Of a stretch of DNA of 57,635 nucleotides, positions 36,194 to 50,389 are shown in pieces; the first letter of the stretch is position 1; each line of letters opens with the position of its first letter. The notes under the pieces were generated by a model that saw only the letters and a program-made list of their open reading frames with translations, was not told the DNA's origin and searched no databases. The DNA is from Phoronis australis (Eukaryota > Animalia > Phoronida): assembly GCA_002633005.1 (NCBI GenBank), contig NMRA01000079.1, positions 680,859 through 738,493 on the forward strand. Reading direction: 5' to 3'. The translations under genes were made by a program, and so were the position numbers.

Positions 36194-39100
36194 AAGATAC
36201 TCAATAAAAATCTATAGCCAGTTTCGACAACCTTTCAAACTGCACGACCGTTAGAAGTTTTCAACAAGACATTTTGTGTTAAAATCATGTTACAGCATTT
36301 TACAAGAGTAAGCGACATAAACTATTTGCTCTACAATTATAAATCAAACATTTACCAACTTACGTAACCCACGAACAACTACTCGTGTATATTTTTCTCT
36401 AATTGTATGTTCGTATATATGCATGTATATTACTATTTTGTTTTGTTTCTAAAATAATTCCTTCTTGCGATGTTTACCTTTTGCCCAGGTATAATGTCAT
36501 TTGTATATCTGAGCAATTATGATATGAATAGTATTTACATGTTCTTCTAAAAATAAATAAAAATGAAAAGTTTACCTCGCAAAGTAATCCAACATCCCGC
36601 TTTTACACACTAGTTTTCTTTTTAATGTTTTTCCGGATTTCCGTTAAACCATCAAAATGCCCCGCTTTTTGGCACTCGGCAAAATTGACATAATGTCATA
36701 TGCAATTATGACTTCCCACGCTACATAGCCCTATTTTGCCGTTCAGCTTAAAAGGAGAACATGGTATGTTCATGGGTTCTTGCGGAATCTACAATTTCCT
36801 GGTGCATTAAAAAACAAAAATGTAATCGGGCAAACATTTCACCTTTTCAGTTACTTTTTGACATTCATTGTGGACCCACTTTCCGAATGTATCGCTTTTC
36901 CATCCAGTTGTCCCGATCGTAAGTCTCGCATGTTGTCAACTATGCAACAGGTGATACAAAGAATATTGCGTCTTTGTTAACAAGATTTTTATTCTCCAGA
37001 GTCCAAGTTTCTTTAGTAACACAACAATTGTACAATTAAAATGTGTTCCAATTTCTCTTGTTTACGGTGACGCACAAAACATATATCAGTATCACTGATT
37101 TTTACTTGTGAAGAAATGAGTTTAATTCTAAACGTCTATGTGAAATTCTACACTGCAGCCAGTGTAATAAGCTGTAATCAATACATGTCAAAGCTAGATG
37201 TTTGCCCAATTTTATCCTTCAGAAAACCCTGATCTGCAAATTACAGTTACATTCTGGGCGGTGGATCGGTAAAACACGTTTTAAAAAGCCTAGTTAAACG
37301 GCATATGCAATAAAACAAAAGCGAGACTTTGTCAGGAAAAAATTATTAAAGTAAACGTTGTTTGCTATATTTCGCACGATGGCGCTGTGGCGGCCATTTT
37401 CCCTTTTATTGGTTTGCGGAGTCACAGCTCCACCGTTTCTCATAGTGTTGTTTTTTCATTTTATCTGTGAATTGATAATTTCAATGGCTATCATAATTGT
37501 GTCGTTTTGCTTTTCTCTAGGTTTTACTGTTCTCTAGTTATTCGAGATTTACTGAAGATTGGTCTCCGATTAATTGAGTTTTTTGCCGTATCTTCGGCGT
37601 CCCTTAATCAATCAGTCTGAAATTTGGTAAGTGTATATATCGCTACAGTTTTGACGATATTTGAGATTTAATGCTTAAATGACTGTTCTTTTAGTGATTT
37701 GTTTTGTATAGCTGCACTTTGTTAGATCAAAATACATGTATTTGTGCTAGAGATCACATTTTTCGTCTGATGGACACGAAATTTACACAATGTTTACTTA
37801 GTCGATTGCCCGATGGCTTTCCTTCTTGGCGAAGATGACAAGGGTAATAGTTTACATAGACGATTAAAGTCCGAATTTCGTTCGCTTCCTTTAGCTTCGC
37901 ACCCACCCAAGCTGGGTACGGGTATGCTAACAAATAAAGTTACCAGTGTTACGTCAGATGATTCGGAGGTGCATGGTGGTTATTCCATTAAAAGAGTAAT
38001 TAGTGCTATCAGTGCTTAGCTTGACGTCAAGACGGCAAATGCGATTTCGTAAAATCCCAAGTCGCCAAACTGTGGATAGATTACTACATGGGTTGCAGTA
38101 TAGGACTTTCCATACTTACATTAGTTTGTAAATAAACCAATTTCTTCAGAACGAAAATAGTGATCCTGGCACACACACATGTAGTGTATGTTGCCGTAAA
38201 CAATGAAATACAGTTTTACGACTGTTATGCTACTATAGTAAGTGGACTATAGAAAACAGAAATATTCATAACAAGTACAATATACGCTGTGAGCAACACA
38301 ACGTATTGGTTTGGGGTTTTTACCAGAAATGTTTTCATTTTTTGAATTTTATTTCACGGTTATATGTAAGTACGACAGAAAAGATTCATTGCTACGAAAT
38401 CAAATTAACAAAAAGCATCGCAACAACAGGTAAACGTTGCACAGATGATTTAGTATAGAAACAATTGAAAACAATACTCATTTATGCAAACACAAGCATA
38501 CACACGTGGCTACGCAAATACGAGTTGTTTTTCGAAAGTCACCTAAACCCACCTGCTAGTAGGGGCTATAATTTTCATTTATAATTGCAGAACAGACACA
38601 CAGAAATCAAATTTCACTTGTTTCCTAAAAATACAGAAACATGATTCATGATTTTTACACCCAAAATAAACTCCTAGCATGTAGTTTAATAGATTGTCGA
38701 AAATGGTTGTGAGACTGGAGATGAAAAGATATCAGAGGCCAGACAATTCCCGGGATCCGGTCAGGGCCACGGGTCGGTGTGTATAAAGAGTCACCGAAAT
38801 TAATGTAATTGCCGGGTTTGTTGATTAGTTTTGCCGGAAATCGTTGGTTGTCTAGAACCGTAGCTCAAGAGTGTCGCATCATGAACAAAAATGTCAAAAT
38901 GAAAACGAAACTATGGAATTGGGCTTGATTTGACAACTACAACACTTGATATTTGGCCAGTCTCAGAGTCGCAATACATGTACTTTGGTCACATATTGGA
39001 GTTGGTATTTCAGGGCTAGAGTTCTGCAGTGTATTCTCACAGCAAATGCATATACATGTACATACCTAGATCAATTAAAAAATAACTAGGTCAATCAAAA

Positions 39101-39681
39101 ACGTTCGCTCGCTGTACGGTGATTGAGAGACGAAGTTGACAAATTGTTCAGTGCCTATGCGGCGTTTTGTAGCAAATGTTTGTTTCACTGAACACCAAAA
39201 CACAAATATAACGAGCATTACGAATAAAACAAGCGCGATAGATCGTTTCAAATTCCTTGGACGGTGAACAATGAAGCCGTCGGCTTACCGACAAGGAGCA
39301 CGCCAAGTAAAGTGCACCAGTTTTTCAGTAAAAAATATCATTAGGATTGTACGCCACATCAGAAGAGTTCAAAAAGCAGACAGCAGAGACAAGTAAAAGC
39401 TTTTCTGTTGTAGTTCATACAATTATGATCAGTTAGTGTGTTAAAAATCTTTCCCGTGAAATTGCAATTTCATAAGTTCATTGATACGAAGTCGGTACTT
39501 GAATCTGAGTACCTACATAGACAGGCGGTCCTACTTAAAGTGAAGTACACCCATACTTCGACCTGTGTACAGCGGGCCAAAAGAGAGGCCTCGCAAAAAT
39601 GATTGGTTTTAGATAGACCTGAAAAACTGGACGTTATTGGTTTGAATTACATGTATAGACGTGTCCCAACTTAAACATCTG

Positions 39682-39771
39682 AGCACAGTTGCACGAAAGT
39701 TATACGCCTTATAGCAACAATGGCGTCACATTGTCACGCGGAAAGCTTTTGAAGTTTTATGCAACTCAGCC
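39682..39771 (+). mobile_element. Internally deleted copy of the 150-bp MITE
   Basis: Both ends match 28539-28687. Confidence 0.6.
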
Positions 39772-42090
39772 CAGGTTGAGTTCTCTATAAACGGGGTTTT
39801 GTTAATATTATTTGACGTTTTCTGATTAATGTCTTTGCATACATGTATACATGTACGATGGTATGTGAATGCTGAATATGGTGGAAAAAGCAGTCATTTT
39901 GCGTATTTTCGGTAAAATTCTGTTGCATGGGACTGAACTATTTGACTGAAAGCGTGACCCGACTTCCAGTTTATGACTGGGCCTGCGGCGGTCGTACCTT
40001 GAATGAAATACAAGTAGGCCTACGCACTCCAAGCTCGGCGTTCTTTGATGTGCTCCTTTCATTCTTTGCAAATATTGATTTAGCATTTTTTGTCATTATA
40101 AGCACATATCTAAATATTAAGTGACTTCATTAAAATTCTTTTCTTGAAAGGATATATTTATCTTTTCTTGACATTTTAGTATTTTTTGTCAATATTAAGA
40201 ACGTATCTCAACACTTGATTTCATAAGAATTCTGTTCTTGAAAGCGTTTTTGTCTTTTGAATAGTCTAGTACCTTATGTCAATAATTAAGCACATATATG
40301 AACAGTATTTGGTTTTCTTTAGAATTCCATTCCCATAAGGGTGATTGTCTCTTGACTGGGATCGCGACGACAGACCATGATTGAACTTAGCTGAACACAG
40401 TAACTATTCTAAGCATTCATTGATGTGTTTGCAAAGGGCAGTTAAGCATGCCATTAATTCCAGGATCTTTGTTTGAATTCTTTTAAACCGAAATTAAATA
40501 TTTTTTGAAGGAGTGGCTCCGCTCATTGCATGGTTCCCGCGAACTTATTGTTAAGTTGAGCACGTCTACCTTTTACCCTTTACTGTTTATAGGAAACTAA
40601 ATAGTTTTAAGTGCAATCGTCGATCTAGGTACATATTTAGATTAAGGGTGGCCGACTCCACCGACTTGTTCGTTTTCTTGTTGGTTCATTATCCTTCAAA
40701 AACTCTAGCGCTCCTAGCTTTTTGTCCTGGCTCCTAAGATTTGAAAACTCGTGGCGCAGTTGGTGACTTTCCCGTTTTAGTTAAGGTACATGTACAGTAT
40801 ATTCCTGGCCATTCAATCCCTAACTCAACAGAGCCGTCCCGGATTGCCTGCGAAACTCGAATCTCACTGTATTTTCCCACAATGCCGCACGCATCCGCCA
40901 GGCAAATGTACTGCTTCTTTTTTGTGCCACTGGAGTTTCACATGTTATTTGTTGGTGTCTGATTCTTTGCAAGTTTTTTCTGTTGCTTTACTCCAAGGAG
41001 GTCGATCAGTGCTGTGCTGTGGGCTCCAACTCCGACGTGAGAAAGTTTGATTTATTTCACTTTTACCCGTGAATGTGTGATCTGAAATTCTTCGCAGGCC
41101 GATATTAATGGGAGACACGCAAATGTGCCTGATTTGCAAAAACGAGGTCACGCGCTTTCTTATCTCCAGAAAAAAGGAGAATTCTTTCGCCGTGTAATCC
41201 GGAACGGGTCTATTCCTTCCAACAAAGAACGCAGCCGATCGGATACAATGGAGGCGGGTTTTCCATGGCTCGGTTTTGCCCGCCTTTTGCCGAACAGCTC
41301 TGACTTCAGTGTGCTTACACCCTGTAATGTGTGGTGAATGTTGAAGGTGGCAAATATACTAATTTCACGAAGTAATTGTGAATCAAATGTATTGCATCTA
41401 GGGAAAGCGGTAGTAATTTAAGGTCTGGAAGTCACCACTGATTCTCGGCTCTGCTAAATGGCGAATTCTTGGCCTTAAAAATTTTCCCAGGTCGCCAAAC
41501 ACAGTCTGAGGTTGCATTCGTTTGACGACCTGCACGTTGCAAAATCGAGTACCAACTATAGTTTTCAAAGTCTCTAAGGCGTTCAGCGACCCTTGTCTGC
41601 TTGCTACCCATCCTGTCTCTGGTGCAGTCTTCAGGTTTAGCGACAATCCAGCTCTGTCCCGAAACTCAGTAACGATAAATCTGCAGGCACTTTTTTCCAA
41701 AGTATTCATTTCGGAGATCGTCATTAGATTGATAAAAAAAAGGAGATCTTCGTTCGAAACTCGCTTTGCCCATCAGAGGGTCAAGTGTATGTTTTTAGTG
41801 ACTATGTGCAAGACAAACATCTTCGGATGATGACCCAAAAATTTCTCAATGTTCGTGTTCTGGGAAAGATTAGTGCGGGGATTAGGGTGAATTTAAATTT
41901 TACTCACAAACCGTGACAGGAAACACTGAAAGGAACCAAAATTCTGAAACTTTTCTAAGTTGGAACTTTTCTTGGGATTCCCCGTCTCATGTGTTCCTCC
42001 AGCTTTCTGTCGAGTTTATATTCACGTGCATTGTTTCCAGGATCGTCAAAAATTACGGATGTGGAAAACGTCTTGTAACATACCAACCTG

Positions 42091-42240
42091 GGCTGAGTTG
42101 CATAAAGCTTCAAAAGTTATCCGCTGGATAAGATTGATTGTTGCATGACGTCAGGTTCATGGTTCAACAATAACAACGTGACGCGTGATAATGCGACATC
42201 TTTGTTGCTATACGGTGTATAACTTTTATGAAACTGGGTC
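42091..42240 (-). mobile_element. 150-bp MITE copy with CTG flanks
   Basis: Reverse complement of 28539-28687, with CTG on both sides (3-bp TSD). Confidence 0.7.
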
Positions 42241-43193
42241 CTGAAGTTAAACTCAAAGTATGCATTGTGTGTACCTAAGTCCTTTGTTTTTAAACCTTGA
42301 TGACGTATGACGACAAAACACGTCAATATTATTTTCTTCTTGTTCGACGTGCAAGGTTTCTGATTTACATGTATTCTACGAAATTCGAGTGATTCGTAGA
42401 CGATTCTTTGGAAATTATTAGTTACTCCGAAGTGGATAGTGATGCAGACTGAATTTCAAGAAGGTCTAAAGTCTATATCGTCCTACCCCAAACAGCAAAG
42501 TGCGCCAAATGGATTTTGCCAGTCTGAACAACCTTCTAAGAAATTCAATATTCTGGGAAATTTAACGCAGGATGATAAAATTGGGACAACTGATTTGCCT
42601 GCTTTCGGGGTCAGCCACTAAAAACTCGATTGCCCATTGTTCGCAAAGGTCTTTGAAACAACCCCTTAGGCAATGCACCCAGGAACCCCGAACCGCGCCC
42701 TTTGTGAAAGTGTATCCCTTCAATTAATGAAGCTAATGGAATTTTGCCAAATGTAGCCCTAAAAAACTGAATCTTGGTCTTGAGCCTTCTATTCCACTCC
42801 CGGAAATAGAGGAAAACAACTGACGTGTCCATCACGATTTCCCGTCTTTTTCGTAGGTGGTAGGATTTCTTCCATAACTTTTATGTCACCTGAAGAATTA
42901 TGGCGTACTGAGGCATCCTAATAATTTATTCATCATGAAATTCATTTATTTCAGGTCACTCTAAGCGCGTAAAAGAGCAAAAAGTGACCCGTTGTCGTGA
43001 AATGGTGTTGAACCACGAGTACATGTACACAAATTTCTGTTGGCTGCTTCTATGGTGTTTACCTGAAGATTAGCAAAACCTGTTCGCATATGGCGATGCA
43101 TGTTGAAAGGAATGCCAAGTTGGCGATGACCTTCCGAAGTGGGATTAATTGGCGTCCTCCCTCCCCGAAGTTTGCTACATGTATTCCACGTGC

Positions 43194-45771
43194 TTTTGTT
43201 TGCTCTCCCACCTGCCCCCTTCTCACCGAAAGCAAACCTGCCGGCTAAGCCTACTAGAAGCCAGACGTAGTTGGAGCACACCGATTAATCCAAACACTTA
43301 AATTGAATTTATAAAAATTCTACCTGTTAAATTGCTCACGTGGTTACCCGAACCGAGAAAATGCCAAGGCCTTGAAAATGTGATAATACTGAGCATTTCT
43401 ATTCCAATCCTATTTGTGAGTCCAAATGACGTCATATCAGTAGCAGATAAGTCATCCCTAAACGTTCGAATATCAGGGCCTTCAAGTATTAGTAGTAACA
43501 ATTATCAGTTTGAATACACAAGTTTACGCATACAAATGAACAAGAATTTCAATGATATATACAAGATTCTAAATGTAAACGAAGATACATGTATGACTTT
43601 TAATATTGATGTACAATACTTGTGTACAATGTCTTGTATATAAAGGTTTATGATTAATACATGTTATACCGATGTGGGGTACATAAAAACAAGATATGAT
43701 TGAGATAAGTTGATGCCGTCAATTTCAGGTGGAACAACAAATCTTACTGAATTGAACATTCTTCATCAAGACTTATTGTGACTACTGGTAAAAAGCGGCC
43801 ATTAAGCAAACAGCTAATTTTCTAGTAAACATTTAACTAAGATTTTTGAGTAAGCAATGTTAATATCGGAGTATTGTTTGTGTGCGTGGGAAACCTCTGA
43901 ACTCTGGTCTTTGTTTACTGTGCAATCAAAGAAATACGTGGGAATGTCTGGAAGGCTACACAGCGACGCAGTGTTGAAGTGTCTCTGAAAGTTGAAATGT
44001 CGCCAGTTATGTAGAACCACATTGACACGTATTTAGCCAAATGAATTCGAAACTAAAGATTTCAACTCAGTAAAATTCTTTTCTGAAAGGAGGAAGTCTG
44101 TAAAATTTGATTTTTGACCTTATACCAACCTGCCATTAATTGGGCGGTGTGACCGTGTGCTTTATTAAAATTTAGAGAAAAAAGTATATTCATAGGACAA
44201 TAGGGGTCAGTCAAGAACATGAATAAAATCTCAAAAACGACGTTACATTTTTCTAAAGAATCCTTTCGTTTCACTTCACGAAAACTTTTATTTTATTTCT
44301 TAAAATCATAAAGGTCGTATTGATATAGTCCCCCGGTAGATTCTCTTGTCGATCCAGTCAAACAGGATTTTATTGAAAAGTTGTTGACGTTGTTTTAAGA
44401 CTACAAAAGTATGTAAATTGACACATGCAGTTTACGAGGAATATCTAATTGTGTTAGATCCTATGAATGCTCCCGTCATGGGTAAAACTGCTTGGTATAA
44501 TCTGACCAATAGTAAACCTGTTCGCCGATTGGTATGTGATAATATCACGGTAGATGTGGGAGCATAAAAGATCACGGAAAAAGTTTCAAGATTGCACGGA
44601 ATTGAGATGACCAGAATTTTTGAGTTGATTAATTAATTCATTTACCTTTTTCAAGAACGCGTTCGCAACATTGATATTCGACTTAGCCGTGGTGAAAGTT
44701 TATATACTGAAATATACAGCTTCGCGCCGATGGTGGGTAAAAATAGCCAAATAAAATCAGACACAAAATTATTGTCATTAAAAATAAAGATTTTCCTTGG
44801 GCAAACTAAAATATTTGCCGATGTTAGAAAAATTGGCGTTCTACCGACATTCTGCTGGTAAAGTTTTAGACCGAACCGGATCCCATGCGTAACAGGCGGA
44901 TTTCGGAGCGATGAAATATATTGTAGCGTCACCTATTGGCCAGTTTATATACCTGATGTTGTGCTCCAACTTGGAATAGAAATCTATTCCAAGTTGACGC
45001 AAGTGATCTTGAGATTAAGCAAGCACTTGCGACATCTAGTGTGCAACTGTTAACTAAAGTTTCGAATGGTCGGTGGACACGAATTCGTTTGTCGTGAGTT
45101 ATTGTTTCTGTTTCAATTATTTTTTTGCCAATTCTGTATGTTATTCTGGTCTTGGTCAATTGTTTCCAAAGGTGATTTGACTGGGATGGTTGGGTTTGTG
45201 ACCGAGGGGCTGAAATGACTGGCAACCTGGGACTTTTGCAATGAAAAGGATTAAGAATAATTAAGAGCTAAGATGTACCGTACCGAGAGGGGTTTTGCAT
45301 TGAACAGTTTGTCATGCCCCGTTGTACCTGCCACCTCACCCCCCGTTTATACACCAGTGCTTGGAGCTCGCTATTTGGTGGAAGTGTTTTCATTTATATC
45401 TCACAATGACATCGCCAATCGCTGCCAGCATGGCCTAAGCATTGATCTGTAATTTTTTCTTAAAATCTTATCTGATTAAGGAAGAAGTTCAGATAACGCT
45501 TGTTGAGTAAAAGTGTTATTTTTGGCAAATACTCATTTCATTTTGAAACGTGCAATTTAATGAATATTAGTTTTTCATTGGTTTGCTGTGTGATGTCATC
45601 AGGTCTATATAGTGATGACAATATGCCAAAAGTTACAGAAAACAACTCTGAAGTTCTGTTGACAGGTTTTGAATGTTCTCATGATAAAGATCATTAGACT
45701 TTTCTGGCCTACGATATTTTTGCCTTTCTCTGTTCAGTACAGACCCACATAACATTACGCCAATGTATGTA
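43194..45771 (+). repeat. Copy 1 of a 2.6-kb near-tandem duplication
   Basis: Collinear and highly similar to 46208-49444, apart from small indels and a MITE. Confidence 0.92.
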
Positions 45772-46207
45772 AAGACAGACAAAAGTGGCCCAGTGAAATA
45801 ATACTGTCTAACCACTTGCTTTGGCACAATAGCTTGCAAACCACTGCCCAGCACTGATTCGCTGTTTGAAACAACCATGTTAGACTGAGTGAGGTAACAT
45901 ATGCATATGCGTCTTTTGCAGGTTGTCGACATCTCTAAATACAGTTGATAACATTTAACAACTGCACTGAAACATGGTGGCACACAGTAATGTTTGATAC
46001 AAATGTTCCCGTGTGAGTGAGGAGACAGAGGTAATGACATATCAACTACTGACAGTAAATCTGGATCCTTGTTCACTTTTCAAAACTCGTGGTATATGTA
46101 TTTGTCACTGGTATTATGCACGTCAACAACATGCTATGAACATTCCCACTAAATAAAATTGGTTCTAACCCCGGTGTTTAAGGTAAACGGCGGGGTATGG
46201 AAAATTN

Positions 46208-49200
46208 TTTTGTTTGCTCCCCCACCCACCCCCTTCTCACCGAAAGCAAACCTGCCTAAGCCTACTATAAGCCAGACGTAGTCGGAGCACACCGATTAAT
46301 CCAAACACTTAAATTGAATTTATAAAAATTTCACCTGCTAAATTGCCCACGTGGTTACTCGAACCGAGAAAATGCCAAGGAGGCACAGAACAGTTCTCAC
46401 TGGGTTTTGCCTAGCAAAACACGCATCACTTGATTTGTAACCTTTTCTTCACTCTGTCAAAAACAGGATGCAAAGAATGGCATGTTTTCAATTATTTCAC
46501 ATAAAAAGCCCAGCAGATGAGCACAGAAACTTTATTCTTTCTTGTATTTTTGACCATTTCATTGCCACTGAAAACCAAGCTAGACTAAGAAAAATAAGGG
46601 CAAAACAAAATGCAAAATCGGCACTTTTCACCCGAAAAACACCACTTCCCTGCCGAGACACGACTAAAACCAACATTAGAGTCTGAAAGCAAATTTCCTA
46701 CCGATTCCGAAAATGTGGTCCAAAAGTACTGTCAACCAACTAGTATTTTGGCAATTCTTGCTTGTTTGAGGGCTACCTAAAATCACAGCCAATTTCTCGG
46801 TCGCTACCCAACAATGCACAATTGCAGCCGGGGGCCGCCATCTTCAAGAATAGTGCAGCTACAGCCAAGAAAGTGGCCTTTTTTATTCACAGCATGTTCA
46901 CAAATACAAACAAACCACATTCACCGAGCCTACGTGCAATGCCCACCTACAAAATGTCCCCAAACTTGGCCTACCCCAAAATTTCTATATTTTGGCAGTG
47001 CAAATTGGCCGCGGCCGTAGCCTAACTATTCAGTGCCACCCAAGGCCTTGAAAATTGATAAGGCTGTCCATTTCTATTCCAGTCTTATTTGTGAGTCCAA
47101 ATGACGTCGTATCAGTAGCAGATAAGTCATCCCTAAACGTTCGAATAGCAGGGCCTTCAAGTATTAGTAGAAACATTTATCAGTTTGAATACACAAGTTT
47201 ACACATACAAATGAACAAGAATTTCAATGATATATACAAGGTTCAAAATGTAAAAGTAGATACCTATATGACTTTTAATATTGATGTACAATACTTGTGT
47301 ACAATGTCTTGTATATAAAGATTTATGATTAATACATGTTATACACCGATGTGGGGTACATAAAAACAAGATATGATTGAGGAAAGTTCATGCCGTCAAT
47401 TTCAGGTGGAACAACAAATCTTACTGAATTGAACATTCTTCATCAAGACTTATTGTCACTATTGGTAAAAAGCGGCCATTAAGCAAACAGCTAGTTTTCT
47501 AGAAAACATTTAACTAAGATTTTTGAGTAAGCAATGTTAATATCGGAGTATTGTTTGTGTGCGTAGGAAACCTCTGAACTCTGGTCTTTGTTTACTGTGC
47601 AATCAAAGAAATACGTGGGAATGTCTGGAAGGCTCCACAGCGACGCAGTGTTGAAGTGTCTCTGAAAGTTGGAATGGCGCCAGTTATGTAGAACCACATT
47701 GACACGTATTTAGCCAAATGAATTCGAAACTAAAGATTTCAACTCAGTAAAACTCTTTTCTGAAAGGAGGAAGTCTGTAAAATTTGATTTTTGACCTTAT
47801 ACCAACCTGCCATTAATTGGGCGATGTGACCCTGTGCTTTATTAAAATTTAGAGAAAAAGTATATTCATAGGACAATAGGGGTCAGTCAAGAACATGAAT
47901 AAAAACTCAAAAACGACGTTACATTTTTCTGAAGAATCCTTTCGTTTCACTTCACGAAAATTTTGATTTTATTTCTTAAAATCATAAAGGTCGTATTGAT
48001 ATAGTCCCCCGGTAGATTCTCTTCATTGTCGATCCAGTCAAACAGGATTTTATTGAAAAGTTGTTGACGTTGTTTTAAGACTACAAAAGTATGTGAATTG
48101 ACACATGCAGTTTACGAGGAATATCTAAATTTGTTAGATCCTATGAATGCTCCCGTCATGGGTAAAACTGCTTGGTATAATCTGACTAATAGTAAACCTG
48201 TTCGCCGATTGGTATGACGTGATAATATCACGGTAGATGTGAGAGCATAAAAGATCACGAAAAAAGTTTCAAGATTGCACGGAATTGAGATGACCAGAAT
48301 TTTTGAGTTGATTAATTAATTTCTTTACCTTTTGAACGCGTTCGCAACATTGATATTCGACTTAGCCGTGGTGAAAGTTTTATATACTGAAATATACAGC
48401 TTCGCGCCGATGGTGGGTAAAAATAGCCAAATAAAATCAGACACAAAATTAGTGTCATTAAAATAAAGATTTTCCTTGGGCAAACAAAAATATTTGCCGA
48501 TGTTAGAAAAATTGGCGTTCTACCGACATTCTGCTGGTAAAGTTTTAGACCCAACCGGATCCCATGCGTAACAGGCGGATTTCGGAGCGATGAAATATAT
48601 TGTAGCGTCACCTATTGGCCAGTTTATATACCTGATGTTGTGCTCCAACTTGGAATCGTGATAGATTTCTATTCCAAGTTGACGCAAGTGATCTTGAGAT
48701 GAAGCAAGCACTTGCGACATCTAGTGTGCAACTGTTAACTAAAGTTTCGATTGGTGGACACGAATTCGTTTGTCGTAAGTTATTGTTTCTGTTTTAATTA
48801 TTTTTATCGCCCATTCTGTATGTTATTCTGGTCTTGGTCAATTGTTTCCAAAGGTGGATTGACTGGGATGGTTGGGTTTGTGACCGAGGGGCTGAAATGT
48901 CTGGCAACCTGGGACTTCTGCAATGAAAAGGATTAAGAATAATTAAGAGCTAGGATGTACCGTACCGAGAGGGGTTTTGCATTGAACAGTTTGTCATGCC
49001 CCGTTGTACATGCCACCTCACCCCCCGTTTACACGCCAGTGCTTGGAGCTCACAATTTGGTGGAAGTGTTTTCATTTACATCTCACAATGACATCGCCAA
49101 TCGCTGCCAGCATGGCCTACTGAGCAGGGATCTGTAAAATTTTTCTTAAAATCTTATCTGATTAAGGAAGAAGTTCAGATAACGCTTGTTGAGTAAAAGT

Positions 49201-49444
49201 GTTATTTTTGGCAAATACTCATTTCATTTTTAAACGTGCAATTTAATGAATATTAGTTTTTCATTGATTTGCTGTGTGATGTCATCAGGTCTACACAATA
49301 TGCCAAAAGTTACAGAAAACAACTCCGAAGTTCTGTTGACAGGTTTTGAATGTTCTCATGAAGATCAATAGACTTTTCTGGCTACGATATTTTTGCCTTT
49401 CTCTGTTCAGTACAGACCCACATAACATTACGCCAATGTATGTA
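46208..49444 (+). repeat. Copy 2 of the duplication, starting immediately after the N at 46207
   Basis: As for copy 1; the start coincides with the only ambiguous base in the window. Confidence 0.92.
46379..47040. mobile_element. 662-bp MITE, PIF/Harbinger-like
   Basis: Absent from copy 1 (empty site AATGCCAAGGCCTTG). Imperfect 17-bp TIR GGAGGCACAGAACAGTT / AACTATTCAGTGCCACC and 3-bp TSD CAA. Confidence 0.85.
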
Positions 49445-49938
49445 CGCTCAGAAGTGTTCCAAAATTATTAGAAAATGCATTTAAAATGTCTTGCTACCTG
49501 TTACCAAATGTTTGGTTCACTATGGGAATTTTGGAAAAAGAAATTGAATTATTCCAGTTAATGCAAGGGCGTATCTTGCTTAAACGTTGAATGGGGTTAA
49601 AAAACTGTAAATGCGCTCAAAAGTATTCTAAATGTAATAAAAAAAGCATTTAAAATGTATTGCAACCAGTCAGAGAATGGTTGGTTCACCACGTGAGTTT
49701 TTGTGAAGCAGAAATTGAGTTATTCCAAGTTGAAGCGAGCTACGCCCTTGCTTAAACGTTTGGTTCAGATCGCGAATTTTTAGAGAAGAAATTGAATTAT
49801 TCCGAGTTTAAGCAACCAGTGTGGCTTGCTTAAACTCGGAACTGCGATTCGGAATGCGCTCAGAAGTGCTCGAAAGGTAATAGAAAAAAAAAACATTTAA
49901 AAAGTATTGCAGCCAGTTAGAGAATGTTTAATTCACCC
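49445..49938. repeat. Diverged tandem repeat with ~170-bp units
   Basis: Recurring CGCTCA.AAGT...CATTTAAAA.GT.TTGC...GAAATTGA.TTATTCC...TTGCTTAAAC. Confidence 0.7.
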
Positions 49939-50389
49939 CTTGATCTAACGTCAACCAGGCACTAATCACAAACATTCAGCTTTATTTTTATATTAGAATA
50001 GGCAGCAACACAGAAATAATACGACTCAAATGACCACCGTAGCCGCCCTGGGGCTATGACCTTGAATGCCCGGTGCATTACTGAGGGCCATGTAATCACA
50101 ATACAGTCCTTAACTGATTTTTTATTCCAGTCTCTTCGTACTAACCAATGTTCATGACCAGGCCACGGAAGCTTCATTTCAGTTCAGTAACGATTTCAGC
50201 CCAAGCGCCTTGCTCTGTGCCAGGCAGCCGCTTAATTCCAAGTTCACGTAAGATTCCAAGTTAACGTTGGGGGTTTGGCAGTTTGCTTAATCTCAAGATC
50301 ACTTGATTGATCTTCGAATTCCAAGTTGACGAAGCACTCACTTCCGCTTATTCTTGACATTAAGGATTTCAAGTTGAAGTACAACACCT

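Noticed and set aside
43298-49137. Paired ORFs in the duplicated block as conserved genes
   Set aside because: Similarity reflects DNA duplication; indels shift frames between copies and no domain is recognisable.
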